DNA of 64,000 bases from Parachlamydiales bacterium (GTDB lineage: Bacteria > Chlamydiota > Chlamydiia > Chlamydiales > SM23-39). The stretch is from contig CAWDBT010000003.1 in the NCBI GenBank assembly GCA_963800655.1, positions 137,008 through 201,007 of the forward strand, read 5' to 3'. Made by a program: the position numbers and the translations under genes. Below the pieces are notes generated by a model that was not told where the DNA came from, did no database searches, and saw only the letters and a list, made by a program, of their open reading frames with translations. Each line of letters opens with the position of its first letter. Positions within the stretch are counted from its first letter, which is position 1. Shown here one piece after another: positions 18,150 through 28,805 of the stretch.

Positions 18150-19532
18150 CTAGTAAATTTTTTCGAGTAAGATATTTAAAAGATTTGAGATGGGAACGCG
18201 CTCTTGCTTCATCGAATCCCGATCCCGAAGGGTCACCGTATCGTTTTCCAGGGTGTCGAAATCGATTGTAATACAATAAGGGGTTCCGAGTTCGTCCTGG
18301 CGGCGGTAGCGCTTGCCGATTGCGCCGGATTCGTCGTATTCGACATGCATGACTTTTTGAAGGGTCTTAAAGACGGAAAGAGCTTTTTCCGCGAGGGGCT
18401 CTTTTTTCATCAGGGGGAACACGGCTGCTTTTACAGGAGCTATGCGGGGTGCGAAGTGAAGAACGGTTCTCTTTTCTCCATCGCTCAGCAGCTCTTCCTC
18501 GTAAGCATCGCAAAGCAGGGCGAGAATGGTTCTCTCGACGCCGAAGGTGGGTTCGATCACATGGGGAATGAATTTTTCGCGAGTTTCCGGGTCGGTATAA
18601 TCCAGAGTTTGTCCGGAATAGGAACTATGGCGGGAGAGATCGAAATCAGTTCTGTAGGCAAGCCCATAGAGTTCGCTGGTTCCAAATGGGAAATCATACA
18701 CGAGATCTACGGTTCGTTTGGAATAATGGGAGAGGTGTTCTTTATCGTGTTCCTTTTCATGGATCCGGTTTTTCTTCAAGCCGATGAGATCGCACCATGC
18801 ATGCATTTGAGAAAGCCAGGTTTCAAAGTCGGCTTCCCAGGTTTTTTCCCGGATGAAGTACTCGATTTCCATTTGTTCGAATTCGACGACGCGGAAAATG
18901 AAGTTTCCCGGGGTGATCTCGTTCCGGAACGCCTTGCCGATTTGCGCAACGCCGAAGGGGAGTTTGACCCGCATGGTGTCGACGATATTTTTATAGTCCA
19001 GAAAGATCGCCTGGGCCGTTTCAGGGCGCAAATAAGCTAGATCTCCATCCTGGCCCGTTTTGCTCATGTGAGTGGAGAACATCAGGTTGAAATGCCGCGC
19101 ATCGGTAAAATCCCGGGCGCCGCATTTCGGGCATTGGATGTTGCGGGAGCGCACTTCCGCGGTCATCTGCTCCAAGGGCATTCCATCGGCGCTGATGCCG
19201 AGCGCCTCCTCGATCAGGTGGTCGCAGCGGAAACGAGCGCGGCATGCCTTGCAATCGATCAGTGCGTCGTTGAACCCTTCGAGATGTCCTGAAGCGAGCC
19301 ACGCTTTAGGATGCAAAAGGATGGGGCCGTCGAGTCCCACCATGTCCCTGCGCTCGTGGACGAAGGTTTTCCACCATAGATCCTTGACGTTCTTTTTCAG
19401 TTCGGCTCCATAGGGGCCGAAGGAATAGGTATTGGCAAACCCGCCGTAAATTTCAGAACCGGGATAGATGAATCCGCGGCGTTTGGCGAGTGCGACGATA
19501 TGCTTGAGGGAATCTTGTGGTTGCTGGGACAT
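18150..19532 (-). CDS. glyQS: Glycine--tRNA ligase, homodimeric (alpha2) type
   Basis: [63 protein letters not shown]. Confidence 0.95.
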   Translation of the reverse strand: MSQQPQDSLKHIVALAKRRGFIYPGSEIYGGFANTYSFGPYGAELKKNVKDLWWKTFVHERRDMVGLDGPILLHPKAWLASGHLEGFNDALIDCKACRARFRCDHLIEEALGISADGMPLEQMTAEVRSRNIQCPKCGARDFTDARHFNLMFSTHMSKTGQDGDLAYLRPETAQAIFLDYKNIVDTMRVKLPFGVAQIGKAFRNEITPGNFIFRVVEFEQMEIEYFIREKTWEADFETWLSQMHAWCDLIGLKKNRIHEKEHDKEHLSHYSKRTVDLVYDFPFGTSELYGLAYRTDFDLSRHSSYSGQTLDYTDPETREKFIPHVIEPTFGVERTILALLCDAYEEELLSDGEKRTVLHFAPRIAPVKAAVFPLMKKEPLAEKALSVFKTLQKVMHVEYDESGAIGKRYRRQDELGTPYCITIDFDTLENDTVTLRDRDSMKQERVPISNLLNILLEKIY

Positions 19533-19664
19533 AAAAACACTGCTTGCAAAAGGATGAAGGCTCCAGCCTAGCATGTCGAGGTGAAAAAGAACAGATGAAA
19601 TCAGCGGGGCAATGCGGCTGCGAAGGATTGACAGAAACCCGATTGTGAAGATAGGTTCGAAGGG

Positions 19665-20438
19665 ATGGAACCTCTCATTTCCTTTGTGATCTCTGCCAGA
19701 TCCAATTGCTATTTGCTCAGGCGAACGCTCGACAGCCTGGAGGCTCAGAGAAAAAAAAATTTTGAAACGATCCTCGTCTGCGAAGCTGGGATAAGCCTGG
19801 CCCCCTTGAAACCATTTTTTTCAAAACACATCCTGGTCAAAGAAGGGCTGCCCTGGGCTTGGTCTATGAATCAAGGACTCGTGGGCGCTCGAGGTTCGTA
19901 TGTGCAGTTTCTGTTCCCTGGGGACTGCCTGCTATCCGGCCAGACGACAGAGCGCATCGAAGAGCTCCTTCTGGAGAAGAAGGAGGCCGATATCATCTGT
20001 TGCCCCCTTTTGGAGCGCGATGAAGGGCAGGTTCTTTCGACAGAGGCCTTTCTTTTGGATGGAGATTGGTTGCGCAAGGGCAAGATCCATGTGGAGTCTC
20101 ATTCATTCATTTTTCGCCGCTCGCTTTTGCGGTTTTGGGGGGGATTCAACCAGAGGTATTGGCATCGGCCGATTTTCGATATGTTATGCAAAATGGCATT
20201 GCAACAGCCTCTTCGAACCGCTTATGCTGGGAGGGTCTTTGTCGAATCCGACTGTAAGTCCAAGGTTTTAAAAGAGATCTGTGCGCATGGAAGCGAGACC
20301 TGCAGGATTCTCTATCGGCACTTCGGTTGGAAAGCGGCGATCGGCTGGCTGATCATTCAAGACTATCCGAAACTTCTCAGGTGGGCGAAGGCTGGGGTTA
20401 AAAAAGTTTTTGGATTCCGCATAGGAGAGGAATCCTAA
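19665..20438 (+). CDS. Glycosyltransferase family 2-like protein (divergent)
   Basis: [33 protein letters not shown]. Confidence 0.7.
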   Translation: MEPLISFVISARSNCYLLRRTLDSLEAQRKKNFETILVCEAGISLAPLKPFFSKHILVKEGLPWAWSMNQGLVGARGSYVQFLFPGDCLLSGQTTERIEELLLEKKEADIICCPLLERDEGQVLSTEAFLLDGDWLRKGKIHVESHSFIFRRSLLRFWGGFNQRYWHRPIFDMLCKMALQQPLRTAYAGRVFVESDCKSKVLKEICAHGSETCRILYRHFGWKAAIGWLIIQDYPKLLRWAKAGVKKVFGFRIGEES

Positions 20439-20480
20439 AAGCTATTCAAAATAGGCGGGATCGGGTATGCTTTTCTCGCT

Positions 20481-21524
20481 ATGAAAGAACTCGCCGGATT
20501 GACTCTAAAAGATTTGCAGGAACTGCTCGTTTCTTGGAACGAGCCCGGATTCCGCGCTAAGCAAATATTCGATTGGGTGTATCGCAAGAGGGCGGCTTCT
20601 TTCGATGCGATGACGAATTTGAGCCAGCAGCTGAGGCAAAGGCTTAAAGATGAAATCGCTTTTCCCCTTATCTCCCTGATCCGCACCCAGGAATCGGGCG
20701 AGACGACTAAATTTCTTTGGGAGCTCAAGGATAAAAAAAGGGTCGAATCGGTTCTGATCCGTTCATTCGACAGGCGCACGGTTTGCCTTTCTTCCCAAGT
20801 CGGCTGTCCGGCCAGATGCGCGTTTTGCGCATCGGGAAAACAAGGGCTGATCCGCTCTCTATCGGCGGCGGAGATCGTCGAACAGGCATTGTTGATCGAT
20901 CGCTTCTTGTTCGAAAATGGAGAGAGGGTATCCCATCTCGTTTATATGGGCATGGGAGAGCCTTTGGAAAATTACGCCGAAGTGCTCAAGTCGATCCGGA
21001 TTCTCAACTGCGAAGAAGGCCTCCAAATTTCCCAGCGACGCATCACGGTTTCGACGGTGGGGATCGTCGAGGGGATTCTCAAGCTTTCAAAGGAAGACAT
21101 CAAGGTGAATCTCGTCCTCTCTTTGCATGCCCCGAATCAGAATATCCGCAAAAAAATCATTCCCTTTGCCCGAAAATACCCATTGGAAGAGATCTTGGCC
21201 GCGATGGATGAGTATTCATCTCACACCAAGCGCGATATCACCTACGAGTATACCTTGATCTCGAACGTCAACGACGGGAAAGAGGAAGCAGAGGAGCTGG
21301 CGTATTTGCTCCGAGGCAAGCAATGCACGGTCAACTTGATCCCTTACAATCCGATCGAAGGGCTGAGACTCGAGCGCCCCGAGACGGGAGCGATCGCTCG
21401 GTTCCGCGCGATTTTGGAGTCCAGGGGGATCTGCGTCACATGGCGTTATACGAAAGGCGATGATATCGGAGCTGCATGCGGCCAATTGGCTCTTCAGCCT
21501 GAATCAGCCGCCGAAGCTCGTTAG
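20481..21524 (+). CDS. rlmN: 23S rRNA/tRNA m2A methyltransferase RlmN
   Basis: CLSSQVGCPARCAFC, MGMGEP, LSLHAP, AACGQL. Confidence 0.96.
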   Translation: MKELAGLTLKDLQELLVSWNEPGFRAKQIFDWVYRKRAASFDAMTNLSQQLRQRLKDEIAFPLISLIRTQESGETTKFLWELKDKKRVESVLIRSFDRRTVCLSSQVGCPARCAFCASGKQGLIRSLSAAEIVEQALLIDRFLFENGERVSHLVYMGMGEPLENYAEVLKSIRILNCEEGLQISQRRITVSTVGIVEGILKLSKEDIKVNLVLSLHAPNQNIRKKIIPFARKYPLEEILAAMDEYSSHTKRDITYEYTLISNVNDGKEEAEELAYLLRGKQCTVNLIPYNPIEGLRLERPETGAIARFRAILESRGICVTWRYTKGDDIGAACGQLALQPESAAEAR

Positions 21525-22382
21525 AATCTCGCAGCCCGTTTCCGTAATCAATATTGTATGTTCCCATTGCGCGCTCGGCTTGCCGTCTTTCGTGCGCACG
21601 GTCCAGAGATCATTTGGATCGATGATGCCTTCTCTGACGCCTGCATTGATCATCGGTTCGATGGTGAAGGTCATTCCGGGGACGAGTTCGATGTCGATGC
21701 GATTGTAGTGGTGGGGAATTTCAGGAGGTTCGTGAAATGCGAGACCGACCCCATGGCCGACGAACTGATTGACGACGCTGCAGCTTTGCGAATAGGCGAA
21801 GTCTTCGATTGCATTTCCGATTTCGCGGATGCGCACGCCGGGTTTGCAGACGGCGATCGCCCGATTCAGGCATTCGAGGGAGACGTCGACGACTTTTTCT
21901 TTTTCCGGCGAGACTTTGCCGATTTTTACCATGCGGCTGCAATCGCCGAAATACCCATCGGCAATGCAAGAGACGTCGATATTGAGGATATCCCCATCTT
22001 CCAGAGGCCGTGCATTCGGAATGCCATGGCAGATCACTTCGTTCAAAGAGGTGCAGATGCTCTTGGGGAAGGGGGGATCTCCATAGCCGAGGGGCGCGGG
22101 GATGACGCGCCGCTCGCGGTGGAGTTCTCTGGACAGTAGATCTAGCTGTTCTGTTGAAACGCCTCGCTTTGCGCTTTTACATAAAATATCGAGGATTTCC
22201 GCCGTGATGCGGCAAGCTGTTCGGATCTTTGCGATTTGCTCGAAAGTTTTGAGGCGGATTCCGTATTTAGAGAGGTATTGTTTGGCGATGTCTTCAGACG
22301 AGAAAGAAGGCATTTGGGGATAGTGGCATTTCTTCCATTTTTTTTGGCTTCCGCACCAGCAGAGATCGTTCCGAGAAATCAT
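21504..22382 (-). CDS. map: Methionine aminopeptidase with N-terminal SEC-C motif
   Basis: RNDLCWCGSQKKWKKCH, NEVICHGIP, GHGVG, FTIEPM, AQWEHT. Confidence 0.95.
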   Translation of the reverse strand: MISRNDLCWCGSQKKWKKCHYPQMPSFSSEDIAKQYLSKYGIRLKTFEQIAKIRTACRITAEILDILCKSAKRGVSTEQLDLLSRELHRERRVIPAPLGYGDPPFPKSICTSLNEVICHGIPNARPLEDGDILNIDVSCIADGYFGDCSRMVKIGKVSPEKEKVVDVSLECLNRAIAVCKPGVRIREIGNAIEDFAYSQSCSVVNQFVGHGVGLAFHEPPEIPHHYNRIDIELVPGMTFTIEPMINAGVREGIIDPNDLWTVRTKDGKPSAQWEHTILITETGCEILTSFGG

Positions 22383-22389
22383 ATGTTTT

Positions 22390-23136
22390 CTAGGGGTAAA
22401 AGATTTGCATGAGAAATAGTCCGTGCGCAGGCGCCGTCGGCCCTGCTCGTTTGCGATCTTTCGAGTCCAAAATGGCCGGGATGCTGTCCGGCGGGAGTTT
22501 GCCAGATCCGATCGCTGCGAGAGTTCCTGCGATATTACGAGCCATTTTATATAAAAAACGGTTGCCGTGCAATCGAATGCAGAGGCGATCGCAAAAGGGT
22601 TCGATGAAAATGGATTCCATGGTGCGCGTGGCGTCTTCGGTGCGCTCATTGGAAAACGCCGAAAAATCATGCGTGCCTATGAGATCTGAAGCGGCTTTTG
22701 CCATCGCCGAGATGTCTAGGGGGAGATGGATGTGCCAGGAATAGAGGCGGTGGATGGGGGATTGAACGGGGCCGTTGCAGATCATATACCGGTATTCTTT
22801 CGATAATGCATCGAGAGTGGCATGGAACGAGGGGGATGCGAGAGAGGCGGAATTGACGCGGATATCCGGTGGTAAAATGGCATTGAGGCCGCGCACAAGT
22901 CGGCGGGGATCGATCTCTTGGTCGATCGAAAAATGGACGATTTGGCCTCTCGCATGCACGCCTCGGTCGGTGCGGCTCGCCGCTTCCGTGGCGAGGGGAT
23001 GCCCGAGAATGCGCGAGAGCGCGCTCTCGAGTTCTGCCTGGATGCTGGGCCCGGTTTTGGTTTTTTGCCATCCGAAAAAACGGGTTCCATCGTAAGAAAT
23101 ATTTAACTGAACGACTTGGGGATGCATGGGGATCAT
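22390..23136 (-). CDS. truA: tRNA pseudouridine(38-40) synthase
   Basis: YDGTRFFGWQ, SRTDRGVHA, FLYKMAR, TAPAHGL. Confidence 0.95.
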   Translation of the reverse strand: MIPMHPQVVQLNISYDGTRFFGWQKTKTGPSIQAELESALSRILGHPLATEAASRTDRGVHARGQIVHFSIDQEIDPRRLVRGLNAILPPDIRVNSASLASPSFHATLDALSKEYRYMICNGPVQSPIHRLYSWHIHLPLDISAMAKAASDLIGTHDFSAFSNERTEDATRTMESIFIEPFCDRLCIRLHGNRFLYKMARNIAGTLAAIGSGKLPPDSIPAILDSKDRKRAGPTAPAHGLFLMQIFYP

Positions 23137-23177
23137 TATACTGGAGAGCCCCTAAAAATGCGAATCGGTTGAGAGCT

Positions 23178-23822
23178 CTATTGAGAGGGAATGGGGATTG
23201 GGGTTCTGCATTCGGAAACCGTCCCTTTTTCCGGCAGGTTGCTCACAAAAGAGCTGATGCCTGTGAGAAACATTTGGACGGCGATCAAGGTGAGGATGAG
23301 GCCCATCAGTCGTTCAAGGGCGACGATTCCCCGCCAGCCGAGGAACGATTGGAACCAGGATGAGGAGAGCAGAATGACTAAAGATGCAATCCATGCGAGG
23401 ATGACGGCCAGAATCATGGTGCCGAGGTGGAGTTCCTGTTGGGAATAGATCATCACGGCGGCCAGCACCGAGGGGCCCGCGATCAGAGGCACCGCGAGGG
23501 GGACGATAAACGGCTCGATCTCATGGGGGAGTTCGTCATTCGGGCTATGGGAAGGGGGGAAGATCATTTTCAAGCAAATCAGAAACAATATGATGCCGCC
23601 CGCGATCTGAATCGTATCGCAGCGTACATTTAAGAAGGTCATGAGGCCTTCTCCGGCGAACACAAAGATGAGGATGACGAAGAGGGCGATCAGCATTTCC
23701 CTGAAAATGACGCGGGGACGCCGCTTGATGTCGACGTGTTTCAGAAAACTGATGTAAAACGGAATGTTTCCGATGGCATCCATCAGGAGGAATAAGGAGA
23801 AGGCGATCGACCACAGCGTCAT
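23178..23822 (-). CDS. MarC family membrane protein
   Basis: MDAIGNIP, IAGGIILF, VPLAVPLIAGP, ERLMGLIL. Confidence 0.9.
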   Translation of the reverse strand: MTLWSIAFSLFLLMDAIGNIPFYISFLKHVDIKRRPRVIFREMLIALFVILIFVFAGEGLMTFLNVRCDTIQIAGGIILFLICLKMIFPPSHSPNDELPHEIEPFIVPLAVPLIAGPSVLAAVMIYSQQELHLGTMILAVILAWIASLVILLSSSWFQSFLGWRGIVALERLMGLILTLIAVQMFLTGISSFVSNLPEKGTVSECRTPIPIPSQ

Positions 23823-23886
23823 GGGATATTTCCGTAAGTGAGGATTGATCTTATCCTAACCGATCGAGCCCGGGAATGCAAGGGCG

Positions 23887-24950
23887 CTACCGGTCCATGA
23901 GCTGGGCTTCCGTTTCGATTCTATGCCATACATGTTTCATGAACTTCTTTTGCGCATAGCTCAAATTATGCAGAGCCAGGATGCAATCGCTATTTTTGGC
24001 AAAGGCCGCTTTGGTCCAGTTCGCAGAACCGGAGAGCAAAGTGTTTTCATCGATCAGGACGAATTTATGGTGTAAGAGTTGGATGCCTTGGCTGAGCAGT
24101 ACTTTCACTCCTTCTTCCCTGAGCCGCTTGATGGCTTTAGCGCTCGCGCCAAGGCCGCTGTGGAGATCGATCACGACTGTAGTGGAGATCCCTTTCCGAT
24201 GGGCTGCGATGACGTCTTCGATGAGAGCGGGATGAGTGAAGGTGAACAGGGCGATCCGGATGGAAGATGTGGCCGAGCGCAATTTCCGGCGCAGATCGGC
24301 GAGCGCATGGCCTCGCTGGTCGGGCAAAAGCCAGAGTTCGAGATCTTGGCCTCCCGCGCAGGTTCGGAGATAGCCCGATCGATAAGGAGCTCGTTCGAGG
24401 AGAAACCGGGCGACTCGTTCATTTCGCATGCCCACTACTAAATTGTCGTGCATGCGCAAAGAAGCACTGGTCATATTGGCCGAGCCGATCAAAACGAGGT
24501 CTCGATCTACGATTAAAATTTTTTGGTGCATAAGCCCCCCGCGTTGGACGGGATGCAAACGGGCTTGGGCCAGAGAAGTATGAAGGCGTTTGGAGGAACC
24601 CGAAGGGTCGTAATAAAGAGTGGCCGGAATGCCGGATTGTATGCGGGATCCAAGGGTTTTAATCAAAGCGGGGTCGTTGAGCCCGAACATGACGAGGCGT
24701 ATGGATTCTTTGGCCTGTTCGAGAGCGCTGATAAAAAGAAGTCTTAAGTCTTGCCGACATTGATTCGAATAGAGGCGGGGAGGCTCCTCTTCCTGGGGAG
24801 CAAAGGGCGAAACGATTGGAAAATGAGCCATGCGCAGCACGCGCAAGCGCCTAAAAAATAAAAAATAGCCCACTTCCGAGACGGAGCTAGGGGAAGATCG
24901 GGATCGTGAAAATCAGGAGGGGACAAAGAAATTCTGGAGGGCTTGGACAT
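23887..24950 (-). CDS. Phospholipase D family protein (two HKD motifs), apparent frameshift near the N-terminal anchor
   Basis: HQKILIVD and HHKFVLID. The 24744-24950 ORF supplies an N-terminal hydrophobic anchor in another frame. Confidence 0.85.
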
Positions 24951-24967
24951 GAAGCCCTCCGGAGGAT

Positions 24968-25231
24968 CTATTTCTTGCGAAGATCGCGCATCACAGCGCC
25001 GAGGCCTTTTTTGTCGATCGTGCGCAATGCAGCGGTGGACAGACGCAAGGTCACAAAGCGGTTTTCCTCAGGGAGGAACATGCGTTTTTTCTTCAAATTG
25101 GGCTGGAAACGGCGATTAGTGATGCCGGTGATTTTCAAGCCGATTCCCTTTTTCTTCTTTGCGATTCCGCGAAGAGTATAGCTGCGGCCTGAAGAGGGTT
25201 TTCGGCCGGTGATTTGGCATTGTCTGGGCAT
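24968..25231 (-). CDS. rpmB: 50S ribosomal protein L28
   Basis: CQITGRKP...GIAKKKKGIG...RRFQPNL. Confidence 0.97.
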   Translation of the reverse strand: MPRQCQITGRKPSSGRSYTLRGIAKKKKGIGLKITGITNRRFQPNLKKKRMFLPEENRFVTLRLSTAALRTIDKKGLGAVMRDLRKK

Positions 25232-25408
25232 AGAGAACCTTTCATTAAAGCGGGCTAATCATAGCACCGGGCTTTGTTATTCAACAAGGGTCAAAAAAAT
25301 ATTTGTTATCTGAAACCTATCCGAGGCGTGGGCTTCTGTCGATTTGAGATCCTTTTCCCAGGGATTTATTCGCATACCGCCCCTGCGAGTCAGGATCAAA
25401 TATCCCCA

Positions 25409-28028
25409 TCACTGGGATGGGGGCTTGGGCTTTTTCATCGGTTTTGTTTCATAAGCGATTTCGGTTTCCTTTCCGATCTGTTTCAGCTTTAACGCGAGAT
25501 CGCTATGAGGGGGGATATTCCCTTCGAGGATTGCCGAGGCGAAGAGATTGACGACCTGCTGCTGGATCAGGCGTTTCAAGGGCCGTGCGCCGAAGAGGGG
25601 ATCATATCCTTCTTTGGCGAGGTGTTCGACGACGGAAGAGTTCCAGCTCAAGCGGATTTTGCGGTCTTCGAGCCGTTTAGCGACTTTTTCGAGCTGCAAG
25701 GCGACGATTTTCTCCATGTTTTCAAGGCTTAAGGGAAGGAACGGGAGGATTTCGTCGATGCGGTTGAGGAACTCGGGACGGAAAGTCGCTTTGAGGGCGG
25801 GATCGACGATGGCGAGAAGATCTTCCTTGGTCAGGCCACCCGATTTTTTTTCGAGGCGGCTTAAAATGGCGTCCGAGCCGATATTCGACGTCATGATGAA
25901 AAGGGCGTTTTTGCAGTTGACGCTGCGCCCTTTGCTATCGGTCAAGCGGCCATCGTCGAAGATCTGCAGCAAGATATTGCAGATGTCGGGATGTGCTTTT
26001 TCTATTTCATCGAAGAGGACGACGGAATAGGGGCGTCTGCGCAAGCTCTCGGTCAGCTGGCCTCCTTCTTCATGGCCGATATAGCCCGGAGGAGAGCCGA
26101 TGAGTCTCGAAACGCTGTGTTTTTCCATATATTCGGACATGTCGAGCCGGCAAATGGCGTCTTCGCGATCGAAGAGCTGTTCGGCGAGCGCCTTGACGAG
26201 TTCGGTTTTCCCAACGCCGGTGGGCCCTAAAAACAGAAAGACGCCGATAGGGCGGTTAGGATCGTTGAGGTTCGCCCTTGAGCGGCGGATGGCTTCCGAA
26301 ACGGCTTTGATGGCCAGATCCTGGCCGACGACGCGCGAGGAGAGATGTTGTTCGAGATGCAGGATTTTTTGGGTTTCTTTTTCGAGCATTTTTTCGACGG
26401 GAATGCCGGTCCATTTGGCGACGATTTGAGCGACGAGCGATTCATCGACTTCTTCTTTGAGGAGGCGATCTTTTAGATTGTGCAAGCCTTCTTGAGCCTT
26501 ATCGATTTCTTTTTGGACGGCGGGGATACGGCTATAGCGCAGTTCCGCGACTTTATTGTAGTCGGCCTTTCGCTCGGCTTCCTCTTCCTGAAAACGGAGT
26601 TTTTCCAGGGAGTCTTTTTTATCGTTCAAAGCTTGGATGAGTTGTTTCTCATGGGTCCACTTGGCGCGTAAATTCGCAAGCGTTTCCTTGCATTTTGCGA
26701 TTTGTTTTTCGATCTCTTCGATCGGCGCGCCTTCCTGTTTGAAGGCCTCCTGCTTGACGATGAGCTTGGCTAGTTCTCGCTCTTTTTCGTCGATGGGCAA
26801 GGGCATGCTGCCGATCTGCATCCGAATGAGGCTCGCGGCTTCATCGATGAGGTCGATCGCCTTGTCGGGGAGTTTGCGCCCGGTGATGTAGCGGGACGAC
26901 AAGAAAACCGCTGCATGCAGTGCGCCTTCGGTGATGTGTACGCCGTGGAAGATCTCATAGCGCTCTTTGAGTCCGCGCAAAATGGCAATCGCATCTTCCA
27001 AGGAGGGCTCGTCGACCATGACGGGTTGAAAACGGCGTTCGAGCGCGGCGTCTTTTTCGATGTATTTTTGGTATTCGGCAAGGGTGGTGGCTCCGATGCA
27101 GTGGAGCGTTCCTCGCGCAAGAGCCGGTTTGAGGAGGTTTGCCGCATCCATGGAGCCTTCGGCTGCGCCTGCTCCCACTAAGGTATGGACTTCATCGATG
27201 AAGAGGATGATATTTCCGTCGCCTTTTTCGATTTCTTCGAGGAGGCTCTTGAGACGTTCCTCGAATTCGCCGCGGTATTTGGTTCCGGCGACTAGGCTGC
27301 CCATGTCGAGGACCATGAGCTGTTTGTTTTTCAAGGAATCGGGGACGTCGTGCTGGATGATTCGATGGGCCAAGCCTTCGGCAATCGCGGTTTTTCCGAC
27401 GCCGGGCTCTCCGATCAGCATGGGGTTGTTTTTGGTCCGTGCGCGAAAGAACCTGGATCGTGCGGCGGATTTCCTCATCGCGGCCGATCACGGGATCGAG
27501 TTTGCCCGACTTGGCCAAAGCGGTTAAATTCCGGCAGAATTTTTCCAGCGCTTTTAGATTCGATTCCGCACTGGGAGAATCCATATGGCGCGAACCCCGG
27601 ATTGTTCGGATGGCTTGCTCGACTTCCGCTGTCGATTTCTCGACCGGTTTTTTCAACGAGGCGAAAAGAGCGTTCGGATGCTTCCAATAGGCCAAGAAGA
27701 GGTGGTCGCTGCTGATATAGGAATCTTGCCAGTCTTTTGCGAGTTTCTCCGCTTCTGCGATCTTTTGCTGAAGGCCTTGGGAGATTTGAGGCTGTTGAGA
27801 GGAACCGCTGTAGACGGGAAGCTCTTTGAGCGCCAAAGTGGCCTCATGGACGAGCATCGAGGGATCGAGGCCGATGGATCGGCAGATGGAGGAGAAATAA
27901 CCCTCGGGATCCAATGCGAGAGAACGGAGCAGATGATTTTCCGTGATTTCCAAATGCCTTAGGTTCTGGGCGTACTGCAGAGACTCTTCTAAAGCTTCTG
28001 CGACGGCTTGGGTGAATTGCGGGGGCAT
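25409..28028 (-). CDS. clpB: Chaperone ClpB (one apparent frameshift near 27440)
   Basis: [13 protein letters not shown] in one frame. [14 protein letters not shown], coiled-coil M domain and GPTGVGKT in the next frame. Confidence 0.93.
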
Positions 28029-28082
28029 AGAAACACCTCATGAAAAAGATGGATCGAAACCGAAGTATAGCAAATTTCCGGC

Positions 28083-28454
28083 TTATTTGGGAGCCGGAGC
28101 TGCGGGAATCGGCTCGGGAGGAGGGGGAGCGCTGGGGATTTTCGAGATCCTACGGGCGCGAACGCTCGATCCGGTTAGGGTATTTGTCAGGAGATATGGA
28201 TAAGAGGTGTTGTTGGTCGCCGAGATGGAGATTTCCGCCGGAGTGATCCAGTTCTGAGAGATGATCGCGTCGCCCGGATGGATGGCCCAAGCGCTTCCGT
28301 CCGACAGTTGGAGGTATTTGCCTTGGAAAGAAGTTTCCTCGACCGTCGGCTTGGGGGTTTCTTTCCCTATCGCGTTGGAAGAGTTCGCTTTTCCGTAGGC
28401 CAGATCAGCTGGAGCGGTTGCGAACAAAATGCAAGAGATGAGCAGGGGAACCAT
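28083..28454 (-). CDS. Exported hypothetical protein with Pro-rich C-terminus
   Basis: Signal peptide MVPLLISCILFATAPA, LSDGSAW core, tail PPPPEPIPAAPAPK. Confidence 0.7.
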   Translation of the reverse strand: MVPLLISCILFATAPADLAYGKANSSNAIGKETPKPTVEETSFQGKYLQLSDGSAWAIHPGDAIISQNWITPAEISISATNNTSYPYLLTNTLTGSSVRARRISKIPSAPPPPEPIPAAPAPK

Positions 28455-28589
28455 TAGGACCTCGATCGATTTAATTTCCGTATAAAACAAGAAGAGGGCT
28501 TTTGACAAGCAAATGAACGTTTCGGTATATGCCGAAACGATTCGTCCCTCTCAGTCGGATGGGATCGCAAAGATTCAGGGGTAGATTAG

Positions 28590-28754
28590 ATGATTCGAAA
28601 GCTGGCGTCGGGAGAATTTCGGTTGTATTCGAGAAAAAAAAATCCCAAGACCGGAAAACGGAGAAATCTGGGGACTTTTTCTACGCGCGCGGCAGCAGTG
28701 CAGCACGAACGGGAAATTCAGTTCTTCAAAAGGCGCTCCTGGAAGGGCCGTTGA
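28590..28754 (+). CDS. 54-aa basic small protein (MIRKLASGEFRLYSRKKNPKTGKRRNLGTFSTRAAAVQHEREIQFFKRRSWKGR)
   Basis: Below the ORF-track cutoff, read manually. Purine-rich upstream sequence. NLGTFxTRxAA helix pattern resembles AP2/integrase-arm-like folds. Confidence 0.7.
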   Translation: MIRKLASGEFRLYSRKKNPKTGKRRNLGTFSTRAAAVQHEREIQFFKRRSWKGR

Positions 28755-28805
28755 AGGGACGACGCGCGAAACTTCAATTGAAACGATCTCATTCTCGAAA
28801 TCGTT

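Noticed and set aside
18204-19040. Long antisense ORFs (for example 278 aa here, 246 aa at 36170-36910, 274 aa at 45338-46162)
   Set aside because: These are shadow frames opposite well-supported genes and have no motifs.
28029-28082. CIRCE operator upstream of clpB
   Set aside because: No TTAGCACTC-N9-GAGTGCTAA-like sequence is present, only a TG-TATACT extended -10-like element.
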